DNA of 64,000 nt, from contig NC_086108.1 in the NCBI RefSeq assembly GCF_963921235.1, forward strand, positions 88,104,001 to 88,168,000. Reading direction: 5' to 3'. Below the pieces are notes generated by a model. That model was not told the origin of the DNA. It did not search any database and was given only the letters and a program-made list of their open reading frames with translations. Position numbers and translations under genes: made by a program. This DNA is from Mobula hypostoma (Eukaryota). This document shows positions 50,733-62,599 of this stretch, piece by piece; the first letter of the stretch is position 1; each line of letters starts with the position of its first letter.

Positions 50733-51170
50733 AATGGCACTAATGCGATCACCCTGGTTGAGTGTAATGTTCTCCTAAGGAGCTGTCTGCGGGTGGGTCC
50801 TCATCTAGCTGTAGAGGTCATTTTGGGACTCGCACATTAATGGAGAACTCCTGTGCAGGACTTTGTTTAACATGGGGAGGATGAAGCATGGGAAATGACC
50901 TCACAGCCTTTGACAGATCCAGTTGCACGGAATACAGGATGATTGAAGACCCTTCACCACAGCTGTTTTCCTCCACCTTCACTGCCGTTGTGATGTGTCA
51001 TCATCTTCTGCCAGCTCCACCATTGAGGTCTTGGTTAGATCACAGTTGGTCTGGAACCTCCCTCTTGATCTTACCACTATGGCTGGCCCCTACTCCAGAC
51101 GGTATTGCTCTTGGAATCTCAGGGACTCTCAAGCCTCTCCACCGTGACAAGGTGCCAACCCCTGGAGAAG
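50733..51170 (-). mobile_element. RTE-derived non-autonomous short element
   Basis: 5' end cttctcc...caccttgtcacggtggagaggcttg typical of RTE/Ingi-type 5' termini; 3' part reads CESQNDLYS*MRTH, like the RTE C-terminal RIGLxSHxRTH; imperfect TSD acagcag 50726-50732 / acagtag 51171-51177. Confidence 0.7.
51097..51170 (-). ncRNA. HDV-like ribozyme fold (probably decayed)
   Basis: P1 CTTCTCC/GGAGAGG, P3 ACC/GGT with loop TTGTCAC, P4 CTTG-a-GAGTC/GATTC-CAAG, J4/2 AG-C-AAT, imperfect P2 GGTTGGC/ACCGTCT. Confidence 0.6.
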
Positions 51171-51926
51171 ACAGTAGGACATAAGCAGACTGGTGTAATG
51201 GGCAGATGCCAAGCAGGTGAAGCCTAATGCAGAGGACTGTGAAGTGATGCATTTTGTAGGTAAAGTAGCAGAGAAATACTGAATAAATGGTTTATGAAGA
51301 TAGAAATAAATAGCAGAATATGTGCATAAATCATTGAAAATTGTCAAGCAGGCTCAGAAGGTGGTTGTTACTGTCAGAGGGTATACAGACGTTTGTGCAT
51401 CATCTATTGATGCATGGAGTATAAGAGCAATTGTTTTGCTAGGCCAGTCTAGCCTCAAAAGAGGCATTGTGTCAGGTCTGATTGCCATTTCAAAAGAAGA
51501 TATGTAGGCATTTGGGGAGATCTAGAAAAGATTCACAGGATCAGACCCTGGATTGAGGGACTGTAATCACAAGGACAGGAGCGGAACAGTTTTCCTTGGA
51601 GAAGGGCGAAAAAACAATATAAAATAATGAGGTTCTGGACAGAGAATATAAGTAGGAAGTTGTTCCTTTTAGTGGAGGAGGTCAACAATTTGAAGTCACA
51701 GGTATATAACCAAAGGAGAAGAGAATAAGAGTGTCATAAGCAAAAATACTTTTAGGTACTATGTGGAATCTGGAATCTAGGAACTAGAATGCAATGCCTA
51801 AAGATGTGATGGAGGGAGGTTCCACTGTATTCAAGAGCGAACTGAATAAATACATGGTGGAGAAAAATTTGCAGGGTTCCAGTAAGGGTTTGCTAGGTGG
51901 AATTAGAAAATTGCTCCTGTGGAGAG

Positions 51927-52776
51927 TGTTACGTACCCCATAACTGGGTTGCCAAAGCAGCAGAAATGGATCACTCAGTTGGAGTCTGAATTACTAGAAC
52001 TAAGAAAGTGTTATTAAAGGAACAAGCAACACAGTCCTCTAATCAAAAGGATAATGAATGCAACAGTTCAGCAATGATAAACATACATTTACACAGAATT
52101 CAGATAACAGGATCAATCAAGCTCTATCGTTGTCTAGGGGTAAATGACCAGTTTCAAAATGACGCAAAGTTCAGTTCAATTTAGTTCAGTTCAGTTCGCA
52201 GTAATCGCTGCCGTGGCGATGGACAGTGTGGGGGAAGGAGAGAGAGAGCAAAAACGAATGAATATTCAAGGCTTCCACACAGACCTTCGCAGTCAGCTTT
52301 CGGGCGAGTCCTTTGTGATGTCATCTGAGGTCACCGACCGTGACCCCTCCGTTTCCAGATACGATCGTTTCCCTGCGCTGAACCTGGCACCCAGGCAAGG
52401 ATGGACACACACCAGGTTCCCGCCGATCGTGCCTTTCCACCCTGTGCGCTTATGGCCCGGTACTTCCTACCGACTTGTGAGAGATGCACCGCTTCCAGGG
52501 TCTTGTTACCTCGGGTGTCGTGTGTGTCCTGCCTTAGTGAACCTGTCCCTTTTAATCCCCCTGCTGGGGTATCGCCTGTCCATCACTTCAAACAGTTCAG
52601 TGTTCAAAGGGGGAGCCGATCTTGACAGCTCTCCTTCCTTCATTAACATTTCCAAATGCTGCTCCATTGTTTTCCTTATCTCTCTCTCTCCTGAAGACAG
52701 GTGGCAGACCAACTGCTGATTCCACGGGTGCCAGCACAGGACACATACATCTTAATCTATGTGTATTCTTGTCACA
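51927..52776. mobile_element. Solo LTR, 850 bp
   Basis: Starts tgttacg, ends gtcaca; 4-bp TSD agag at 51923-51926 and 52777-52780; interrupts a CR1 tail. Confidence 0.8.
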
Positions 52777-54495
52777 AGAGCCAGTACAGACATGCTGGGC
52801 CAAGTGGTTTCTTTCTGTGTTCTATCCATTCTATGGCCTATGATATAGGGCAGAAAATCATCAATGAAAACCATCTAGCTACTCTCAAGAATTAAAATAT
52901 ACCAAGTAGGTTGTGTTTCAGTTGGCTCAGAGTTATCAGTCATCCAGAATCTGACTTAATCATGTGCCAATGTAAAAAGCATTGTAAGTCTCTCCTTTTA
53001 GATAACCCCACCAGCTCTCCTGTGTTTAATTCTAACTTTCTGTGGACTTGCTCTGCACTCCCTTCACTACCACTCTCAGATGCAATTGGGATGTTTCTGC
53101 ATGTTAAAGTTGCCACATAAATTCAACTCAATTTTGTTCTTACATAAGTGAAAGACAATATTCAATACTCAGGTGATATCCAAAAATTCTTTGCTATCTC
53201 ACCTGTAATTCAATGTCAATTGTCTCTGTTAGATTGGGAGCACAGAGAGAAAAATGCTAATTAAATAATTGGTTCAGTAATTTAGGAGTCAGATAAAGAC
53301 ATCAGAATGTAATCAATTGTGATTCTTCTTTTACTGGCAAGTAGTTCACATTCCCAGACAAGTAGCTCACATTTGTCCCTAACTTCCCCTGTAACCTATT
53401 CTTCCCTTTGAGAATGACTTACTTTTTGTTCTGGTTTCAATGGGTTCTGAGGTAGCTAAAGAGGCCAATGTGGGGGACAAGCATCAACAGTTTCTTTTGT
53501 CTGCAGACTCATGTACAGGTAGGACCTGGGGGTCAGTGGATGGGGAAATTTTTTTGTACCTTTTCTGATTCATGGCAAAACTGTCACCATCTTAGACTCT
53601 AGGAGCAGTAATTCCAATCTTTTCCAGAGATCCGGCCACTATTGTGACTGCAATCTGACAGTCTGCCAGTAGGAAGGGAGGAGACGTACATGCATAAAAC
53701 TAGAGTTTTTATATCACTATCCTTAGCCCACAAAGGCATGCTTTTCACACTGACTTAACAAGAATTGTACAGAGCAAATTAGAAGACTGAATAAATGGAT
53801 TAGGATGGATAACTATCAGGATCATTATTCAGTTTGTAATTTTGGAAATCTAAATATCATATCTTAATCTGCAATTCATTTCCTGGTAATATATTAAATT
53901 CATTTTTATCTTTATTCGACATAAAGTCAGGGGTCCAACTGAAGCTGAACTGAATATGTTGAGAACAAAATATCACTGGCCATTGACTAAAAAAAAAGGC
54001 TTTTCCCCAAACTGATCTGTAGGAACAGAAGCCTCTGCAGAACATAGGTCATTGTATAAAACTGTATTCCATCAGGATTAACCTCCCATCATATGGTAAG
54101 CCTCTTACAATATCTGCCTTCAATAGAATTAACTTCCCGTTATACATTGAGCCTGTTAGAATATCAGCACTGTGTCGGGATTAATCTCCCTCGACACATT
54201 AGCTCTTTTCTAATCTTGTATTTCACAGCATATAAGTAATAATATAGTGAAAGTCCTGATGTAGAGTTTAAGCCCGAAACACTAATAATTCCTTTCCTCC
54301 CACAGATGCTGCTTGACTTGCTGAGTTCCATCAACAGATTGTTTGTTGGTCCAGGTGCCCGCAACTCCAGTTTCTTGTGTCTCTCTCAGAATGCGCTTTA
54401 CATCAGCCTTCCTATAGAATAGTGCCAACAATGCACATAATATCTGTTGTACTAGATCAAGCTTGAATAACCAAAAACTGGAGTATAGTCAGATT

Positions 54496-54722
54496 ACACA
54501 CATCAAAGTTGCTGGTGAACGCAGCAGGCCAGGCAGCATCTCTAAGAAGAGGTACAGTTGACGTTTCGGGCCGAGACCCTTCGGTTAGTCCTGACGAAGG
54601 GTCTCGGCCCGAAACATCGACTGTACCTCTTCCTAGAGGTGCTGCCTGGCCTGCTGCGTTCACCAACAACTTTGATGTGTGTTGCTTGAATTTCCAACAT
54701 CTGCAGAATTCCTGTTGTTCGC
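54496..54722. mobile_element. Fold-back PLE mini-insertion with 13-bp TSD
   Basis: gtatagtcagatt at 54483-54495 and 54723-54735; 88-nt inverted arms 54496-54583 and 54595-54682. Confidence 0.92.
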
Positions 54723-55149
54723 GTATAGTCAGATTGTTCTTTATCCAACAGTTTAATCCCCACCACACTTGCTCATGGAGCCAGAGATTCTTATTCATAT
54801 TTCCTCTATAGGATGAATGTGCAGGCAGCTCGGACAAAAGAAAAATAGATACAATGGATTCCCTTTCCATCTCTCTTCATGCCACGGAAGCAAGATGGAC
54901 ATGAAGAATACCAACAGGCAAGGAAGATATTCTGTACACTGGAAGCACGGAAGCAAAAGGCAGTAAACAGGAAGATGATCTCAATGGAATGTAAATTTCC
55001 TTTATCTCAGTGTCACACATTGGTACAGTAGCATTTCTTGTTGCTCATTGTGCTTATTTTTCGTTCTTCAGTTGTGACTAATGATGATGTCACTGTGTTT
55101 CATTGTGTTTTCTATGATGTCCATTTTCCTGGTCGCGTTTCCCAAGTGC

Positions 55150-55995
55150 ACCAAGAGTTTGGCAGCAAGGGGTGCAAGGAGTCTGTAGAAGGGCCTGGAG
55201 AAATTAGGAGAAGGGGCAAGGAAGTGGCAGATGGAACACAGTGTAGGGAAGTGTATGCTCATGCACTTTGGTAGGAGGAATAAAGGCACAGGCCATTTTC
55301 TAAACAGGAAGCAAAGTCAGAAACTGTGGTGCAGGGGGACTTGGGAGCCCTTGTGCAGGATTCCCTGAAGGTTAACTTCCAGGTTGAGTCAGTAGCAGGG
55401 AAGGCAAATGCAATGTTAAAATTCATTTTGAGGGAACCAGAATTTAAAAGCAAGGATGTAATGATGAAAATTTATAAGGCATTCGTCAAACCTCATTTTG
55501 AGTAATGTGATCACTTCTGCGCTCCTTACTGGAAAAAAAGATGGTAATGGAGAGGCTCCAAAGAAGGTTCATGAGAAAGGCCCCAGGAATGAAAGAGCTA
55601 ATGCATGAGGAGCATTTGAAAGATCAAGACCTCTTCGAAACTGAATGAATATTGAAAGCCCTAGACAGGGGGATGTGGAGAAAATGTTTCCAATAGTGGG
55701 AGAGTGTAGGACCAGAGGGCACAGACTCAGAATAGAAGCACACCCCTTTAGAACAGAGAGGAAGAGGAATTTTGTAAGCCAGAGGGTGGTGAATTTATGG
55801 GATTCATTGCCGCAGATGGCTACGGAATCCAAGTTATCAGGTTTATTTAAAACGGAGGTTGATAGGTTCTAAGGTAAGGGGAGAAGGCAGAAGAATAGTA
55901 TTGAGGGGAAAAATAAATCAGCCGTTATTTAATGGCAAAGCAGACTCAATGAGTTGAATGGTTAATTCTGTTCCTATGTCTTATGGTCTTATGGA
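55150..55995 (+). mobile_element. CR1 3' fragment
   Basis: DVEKMFPIVGECRTRGHRLRI...VSQRVVNLWDSLP; tail tcttatggtcttatgg. Confidence 0.85.
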
Positions 55996-56034
55996 TCTGA
56001 GCTGTGTCTAGGCCATATAAGACTATAAGACCAC

Positions 56035-59000
56035 AAACCGTAAAACATAGGAGCAGAATTAGGCCATTTGGCCATTCGAGTCTGCTCCTCCAATTCATCA
56101 CAGCTGATCCATTTGTCTTCTCAGCCCCAATCTCTTGCCTTCTCCCTGTATCTCTTTATGCCCTTACAAATCAAGGATCTTCAACCTCTGCCTTAAATAT
56201 ACATGAAGACTTGGCCTCCACAGCTATCTGCGGCAACAAATTCCACAAACTCACCGCTCTCTGGCTAAAGAAATTCCTCCTCATCTCTGTTATAAAAGGA
56301 CACCCCTCTATTCTGGGGCTGTATCCTCTGGTCCTAGACTCTTCATCACAGGAAACATCCTCTCTACACCCACTCTATCAAGGTCTTTCATCATTCGATA
56401 GGTTTCAATGTGGTTACATTTCATTCTTCTGACTTCCAGGGAATACAGGCCCGGAGTCATCAAACACACTTCTAATGACTAGCTGTTCAAACCTAGAATC
56501 ATTTTTTGTGAACCTCCTTTGAACTCTCTGCAGTTTCAGAACATCCTTTCTAAGATAAGAGGCCCAAAACTGCTCACAATACTCCAAGTGAGAACTTGCC
56601 AGTGCTTTATAAAGTCTCAACATTACATCCGTGCTGTTATATTCTAGTCCTCTTGAAATGAACACGAACATTGCATTTGCCTTCCTCACCACGGACTCAA
56701 CCTACAAATTAACCTTTATGGAATGCTACACAAGGACTCCCTAGTCCCTTTGCAACTCAGCTCTTTGTATTTTCTCTCCATTTAGGAAACAGTCTCACCT
56801 TTCATTTCTTTACCAAAGTGCACAAACATATACTTCCTGACCATATACTTCCAACTACCACTTCTTTGCCCATTCTCCTAATCTGTCTAGGTCCTTCTGT
56901 AGCCTCTCTACTTCCTCCAAACTACCTGCTCCCCTACCTATCTTGATATCATCAGCAAACTTTGCAACAGAGCCATAAATTCCATCATCCAAATCATTAG
57001 TAGATAACGTAAAAAATAATTCGTCCCAACACAGACACCTATGGAACACCACTAGTCACTGGCAGTCAACCAGAAAAGGCTTCCTTTATTCCCACTCTTT
57101 GCCTCCTGCCAATCAGCCACTGCTTTATCCATGCTACAATCTTTCCTGCAATATTATGGGTTTGTAGTTTATTAAGCAGACTCATGTGTGGCACTTTGTC
57201 AAAGGCCTTCTGAAAATCCAAATACACAACATCAACTGATTCTCCTTTGTCTATCCTGCTTGGTATTTCATCAAATAATTCCAATAAGTTTGTCAGTCCA
57301 AATTTTCCCTTGAGGAAACCATGCTGACTACAAGCTAGTTTATCATATGTCTCCACGTACACAAAACTATTTCTTTAGAAATCATTTTCAACATCTTCCC
57401 AATCACTGAGGTCAGAATAACTGGCCTGTTATTTCTTTTCTTCTGCCTCTCTCCCTTTTTGAAGAGTGGAGTTACATTTGCAAAACTCCCAATCTTCCAG
57501 AACCATTCCAGAACCTAGTGATTCTTGAAAGATGATTAGCAAAGCCTTCACAATCTCTTCATCCACTTCTTTCAGAACCCCAGGTGACTTATCTACTGTT
57601 GGACCTTTCAGTGTCCCAAGAATCTTCTCTCTAGTAAAGGTAACTTCATGCACTCCATGACACCTGGCACTTTCACCATAATGCTAGTGTCTTCCACAGT
57701 GAAGACTGGTGCAAAATACTTATTCAGTTTCTCCGCCATTCCATTGTCCCCCATTACGACCTCTCCAGCATCATTTTCCAGCAGTCCAATATCGACTCTT
57801 GCCTCCTTTTTGGTATCCTCTTTTATATTATTAGCTAGCTTGCTTTTGTACACCATCTTTACCTTCTTAATGACTTTTCAGTTGCCTTCCATTGGTATTT
57901 GAAAGCTTCCCAATCCTCTAACTTCCCACTAATGTTTGCTCTATTATAAAATTTTGCTCTGTTATATGCCTTCTCTTTGGCTTTTATGTTGGCTGTGACT
58001 TCCCTTGTTATCCATGGTTGTGTCATTTTGCCTTTAGAATACTTCTTCCTTTTTGGGTCGTATATTCTGCACTCCTTTGAGGGAGTGCAGCGTAGGTTCA
58101 CAAGGTTAATTCCCGGGATGGCGGGACTGTCGTATGTTGAAAGATTGGAGCGACTAGGCTTGTATACTCTGGAATTTAGAAGGCTGAGAGGGGATCTTAT
58201 TGAAACATATAAGATTATTAAGGGATTGGACACGCTGGAGGCAGGAAGCATGTTCCCGCTGATGGTTGAGTCCAGAACCAGAGGCCATAGTTTAAGAATA
58301 AGGGGTAGGCCAATTAGAACGGAGTTGAGGAAAAACTTTTTCATCCAGAGAGTGGTGGATATATGGAATGCTCCACCCCAGAAGGCTGTGGAGGCCAAGT
58401 CGCTGGATGCTTTCAGAAAAGAGATGGATAGAGTTCTTAAAGATAGCGGAATCAAAGGTTATGGGGATAAGGCAGGAACTGGATACGGATTGTGGATGAT
58501 CAGCCATGATCACAGTGAATTGTGGTGCTGGCTCGAAGGGCTGAATGGCCTACTCCTGCACCTATTGTCTATTGCCTATTGTCTATTGTATATATCCTGT
58601 GTCTTCCAAGTTGCTTCCAGAAACTCCAGCCATTGCTGCTCTGCTATTATCCCTACTGGTGTTCTTTTCCAATCAATTCTGGCCAACTCCTCTCCCATGC
58701 CTCTGTAATTCCCTTTACTCCACTGTAATACTGATACCTCAGACTTTCATCTCAGGGTGACTTTGATCATATAATGACTACTTACTCCTAGTGGGCTCAA
58801 CCACGAGCTGCTCGAGAGAACCACCTTGTAGGCATTCTAGAAATTCCCCCTCTTGGACTCCAGCTTCAACTTGATTTTCCCAACATACCTTCATATTGAA
58901 ATCCCCTGTGACTATTGCAAAACTGGCCTTTTGACATGCATTTTCTATCTCCTCTTGTAACTTTTAGGCCACATCCTTACTAATGTTTGGGGGATTGTAT

Positions 59001-60310
59001 GTAACTCCTGTCAGCATCTTTTTACCCTTGCATTTCCTTAGCTCTATCCGCAGTGATTCAACATCTTCCGAACCTTTGTCACCTCTCTCTAATGATTTCA
59101 TATTTTACTAACAGAGCAGCCCCACCCTCTGTGCCTTCCTGCCTGTCCTTTCGATACAAGGTGTGTCTTTGGACATTAAGCTCCCAACTGTAATATTCTT
59201 TGAGCCATGATTCTGTGATGCCTACAATGTCATACCTGCCAATCTGCAACTGTACTACAAGTTCATCTATCTTAATCCGTATACTATGCGCATTCAAATA
59301 TTACATCTTAATTCCTGTATTCACTTTTTTCGGTTTCTCCATTTTTTATATTTCAACTCATCTTGTTGACTGCAATTTTGTCCTATCATCAGCCTCTGCT
59401 TGCTAGGAGTCTCTCTACACATTGCCTCTGCTTGAAAATCATCAACTTCATCTTCAGCACTATCACTCTGGTTCTGATCCCCGCCCACCCCCCCCCCCAC
59501 CAAATTAGTTTAAACCCACCCAAACAACTCTAGCCAACCTGTCTGCAAGGATGTTGGTCCCCTCGGGTTCAGGTGTAACTCTTCCCTTTTGTATAGGTAA
59601 TACCTTCCCCAGAAGAGATCCCAAAGGTCCAGAAATCCGAAGCCCTGCCCTCTGCACTGGTTCTTCAGGCAAACATTCATCTGCGAAATCATCCTACTCT
59701 CTCTGATGCACGTCACAGGCAGCAATCCAGAGATTATTACGATGGAGGGCCTGTTTCTCAGCTTTCAACCTAGCTCCCTAAAATCTCTCTTCAGGACCCC
59801 CTCACCTTGTCACCTATGTTATTGGTGCCAATACATACAAAGACTTCTGGCTGCTCACCCTCACCCTTGAGAATTCCATGGACCTGATCTGAGAAATCCC
59901 TGATCCTGGCACCAGGGAGGCAACATACCATCCGGATATCTCTATTGCACCCACAGAACATTGTCTCTGTTCCTCTGACTATGGAATCTCCTATCGACAC
60001 TGCGCCCTCTTCACCTCTCTGCTCTTCTGAGCCACAGCACCAGACTCAGTGCCAGAGACCCAGGTCACTGTGCTTCCCCCAGGGAGGTCATCCCCGTCAA
60101 TAGTATCTAAAGTTAAATATTATGATTGAGGGGAATGGCCACTTGTGCATTTTTCCTCTTTCTCCTGACAGTCACCCAATTACCCGTCTCCTGACACCCT
60201 TTGGTGACTACTTCCCTGTAGCTCCTGTCTATCACCTCCTTATTCTCCCGTATGAGTCAAAGGTCATTGAGCTCCAGCTCCAGTTCCTTAATACGTTCTC
60301 TCAGGTGTAT
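56035..60310 (-). mobile_element. Near-full-length decayed CR1 (ORF1 SGNH esterase + ORF2)
   Basis: ORF1 IGDSIVRG...CLPGARI...IGTNN and ELHLNPRG; APE NAHSIRIK...ITESW; RT DVVYLDFQKAFDKVPH, KFADDIK. Confidence 0.93.
58066..58587 (+). mobile_element. Younger CR1 3' fragment nested in the older CR1
   Basis: Uninterrupted EGVQRRFTRLIPGM...RRLRGDLIETYKIIKG; (ctattg)n-type tail; gtatat at 58060-58065 and 58588-58593. Confidence 0.9.
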
Positions 60311-60670
60311 GAGGGGAATCTTCTTTCCCTGAAGAACATTAATAAACTAGATAGTTCTTTATAGCCATTCAGCAGCAACAATGATCTTGCTGTACTGTGG
60401 GTTCAAGGATTGTCAGGTTTATAGGTTCACTCGGCCAGCAGAGTGGCACATTTAGTGGAGCAACTGTCTCATACTACCGGAGGCTTGAGTGCTGTCTGTG
60501 TGAAGTATGCATGTGAACATTGAATATAGATCAGTTCAGCACAGAAATGGCTCTTCAGCTCACAGTGCTGTGCCAAACTAATTAAACTATTAATTAAACA
60601 CCTAACTAAACTAATTTCTTTTCAAGATTCAAGATTCGAGATTCAAATTTATTCAAGATTCATGATTCAA

Positions 60671-62361
60671 TGTGACAATGGGGGGCATTGGGAACTGACC
60701 CAAATGCAAGACACAGACACTGAAGTACAAGGAACAGAACTTGAATAGAGTTGGGATGTGACAGGATACAGACAAGGAGCAGAGACAAGAACGCAGACTT
60801 GGGCTTGGACCCTGAGCCAGAGACTGGACAAGGACCCTGAACCTGGATCTTGCCTCGGGCTCCGGCCCCAGATCTAGGCAAGGACATGACATGACTGCAG
60901 GACTGGAGGCTGGGGTCTTGAGGCTTGAGCTTGGAGACAGGCTGTAGCAGCGACACCCGATGCATCAACATCACGTCTGCTAAGAGAGCCGCACGTCCCT
61001 GAACCAGAACCCTACGCCGGAGATCTCGGGAAGTGCCAGGCTTTTCTGCTGCAATGCTCCTTGGTGTTTGAGCAGCAGCCATCCACGTACGCCACGGACA
61101 AGTCTAAGATAGCTTACATTATGGGATTGTTGTGAGGAAATGCTTTAGCGTGGGCCACCGTGATTTGAGATAATCAGCCAGAGATCTGCTCTTCCTTGCC
61201 CACCTTCATCTCAGAAATAAGGAAAGTTTTTGAACATCCTGTCCGCGGTAAAGATGCTGCTAAGTGGCTACTCATCCTCCATTAAGGCTCACGCAGTGTT
61301 GCCGAATACTCCATGGTGTTCTGGCCGACTCGGGCTGGAATGATGAGGCACTCCAGGAGGTATTCCGGCAAGGCCCCTGTGACAAGGTAAAGGACGAGTT
61401 GGCGGCTAGGGATGACACTAACAGCCTGGATTCATTGATCTCCCTAGCCACCAGGCTGGACAACCGACTCCGAGAACATCAGAGGGAGAGAACTGGTCGT
61501 CCAACTCCTTTGGCCACCCCACGGCACGCTTTACCATCTACTACCAGTCCTAACCTCTCTCCTCCTCCTGCTTCTAGAATAGCATCTGGCCTGGCTGTTT
61601 CCACCACCCCGGGAGAGGAACCAATGCAGCTGGGACGGAGCCGTCTTTCTCTCACAGAGCGTCTCCGGAGATTAAGAGCAGGGGATTGTTTCTATTGCGG
61701 TCAGTCTGGCCATTTTCATGCTACCTGTTCCTTTCGGCCAAAAGGGAAGGCTCACCAGTAGAAAGGGGGACCTTGGTGAGTCAGACCACATTCCCTTCTG
61801 TCCCCCAATCCCGGATGCAAATCCAACCCACTGTAAGCTACAACCAACAGACCCTGTCCTTGTCTGCCTTGATAGGTTCCTGTGCTGAGGGGAATCTGTT
61901 GGATGAAAATCTAGCTTCCTAAGCCAGAATTCCTTGGGAGCCGTTGAGTACCCCTCTGGAAGCCTGGGCACTGGACAGAAGACTTCTGGCCTGAGTCACT
62001 CACTGTACCCCACCAATGTCTTTGGTTCTCTCTGGGAACCATCAGGAACAGGTACAATTTAATTTAATCTCCTCTCCTCAAGCTCCAATAATTCTTGGGT
62101 ACCCCTGGTTAAGCCGCCATAACCCTTACATTGATTGGTCCATCCTTGTGAAATACTTCGTTGTCTTGTCCGATTAGAACCGTTAGTTCTAAGTTTAGTT
62201 CCAAGTTCAGCTCTAGTTTCCAGATAGTCCCTGTAAATCCCGTCTCCTTGTCAAGATTCCTCCGGGTTGCTGTTCTACATCTACATCTACGCCAGCATCC
62301 CCAATTCAGTCGACTTGCCGGTGTCCTGCACTTGGGTTCTCCTCAGTCACCCCGTGCAACA
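60671..62361 (+). mobile_element. Ty3/Gypsy (Sushi/PEG10-like) gag-protease remnant between LTR pieces
   Basis: [42 protein letters not shown] knuckle [14 protein letters not shown], protease-like ALIGSCAEGN and ILGYPWL..HNP.IDW; TG...CA termini with TSD ttcaa at 60666-60670 and 62362-62366. Confidence 0.88.
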
Positions 62362-62599
62362 TTCAAATTTATTTATCAACTGTACTTCAAAACATACATT
62401 GAAATATATCATTTGTATTAACAACTAACATACCCAAGGTGTGCTGTTGGTGGACTGCAAGTGTCACCATACATTCTGGTGTCAACATAACATACTCAGA
62501 TTGCTCGGCAGAATAACAAAGAGAAAAAAAAACTGAACATAACAAGCGATACACCAAAAACATCAAAACAAGCTGCAGGAGATTATTAGATCTCATTCC

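Larger units (their letters stand above)
50330..52835 (+). mobile_element. Old CR1 RT/3' remnant hosting two later insertions
   Basis: Degenerate KF.DD.K region, tgtgaagtgatgcatttt and a CR1 tail resuming after the solo LTR. Confidence 0.6.

Noticed and set aside
52144..52719. 191-aa ORF
   Set aside because: Entirely within a solo LTR; no protein motif
54812..55000. Plus-strand exon-like segment after tttcctctatag
   Set aside because: Stops in all frames and no clear donor or homology
61264..61761. Domesticated PEG10/RTL-like gag gene
   Set aside because: Upstream gag has stops and frameshifts and the unit retains LTR ends and a TSD
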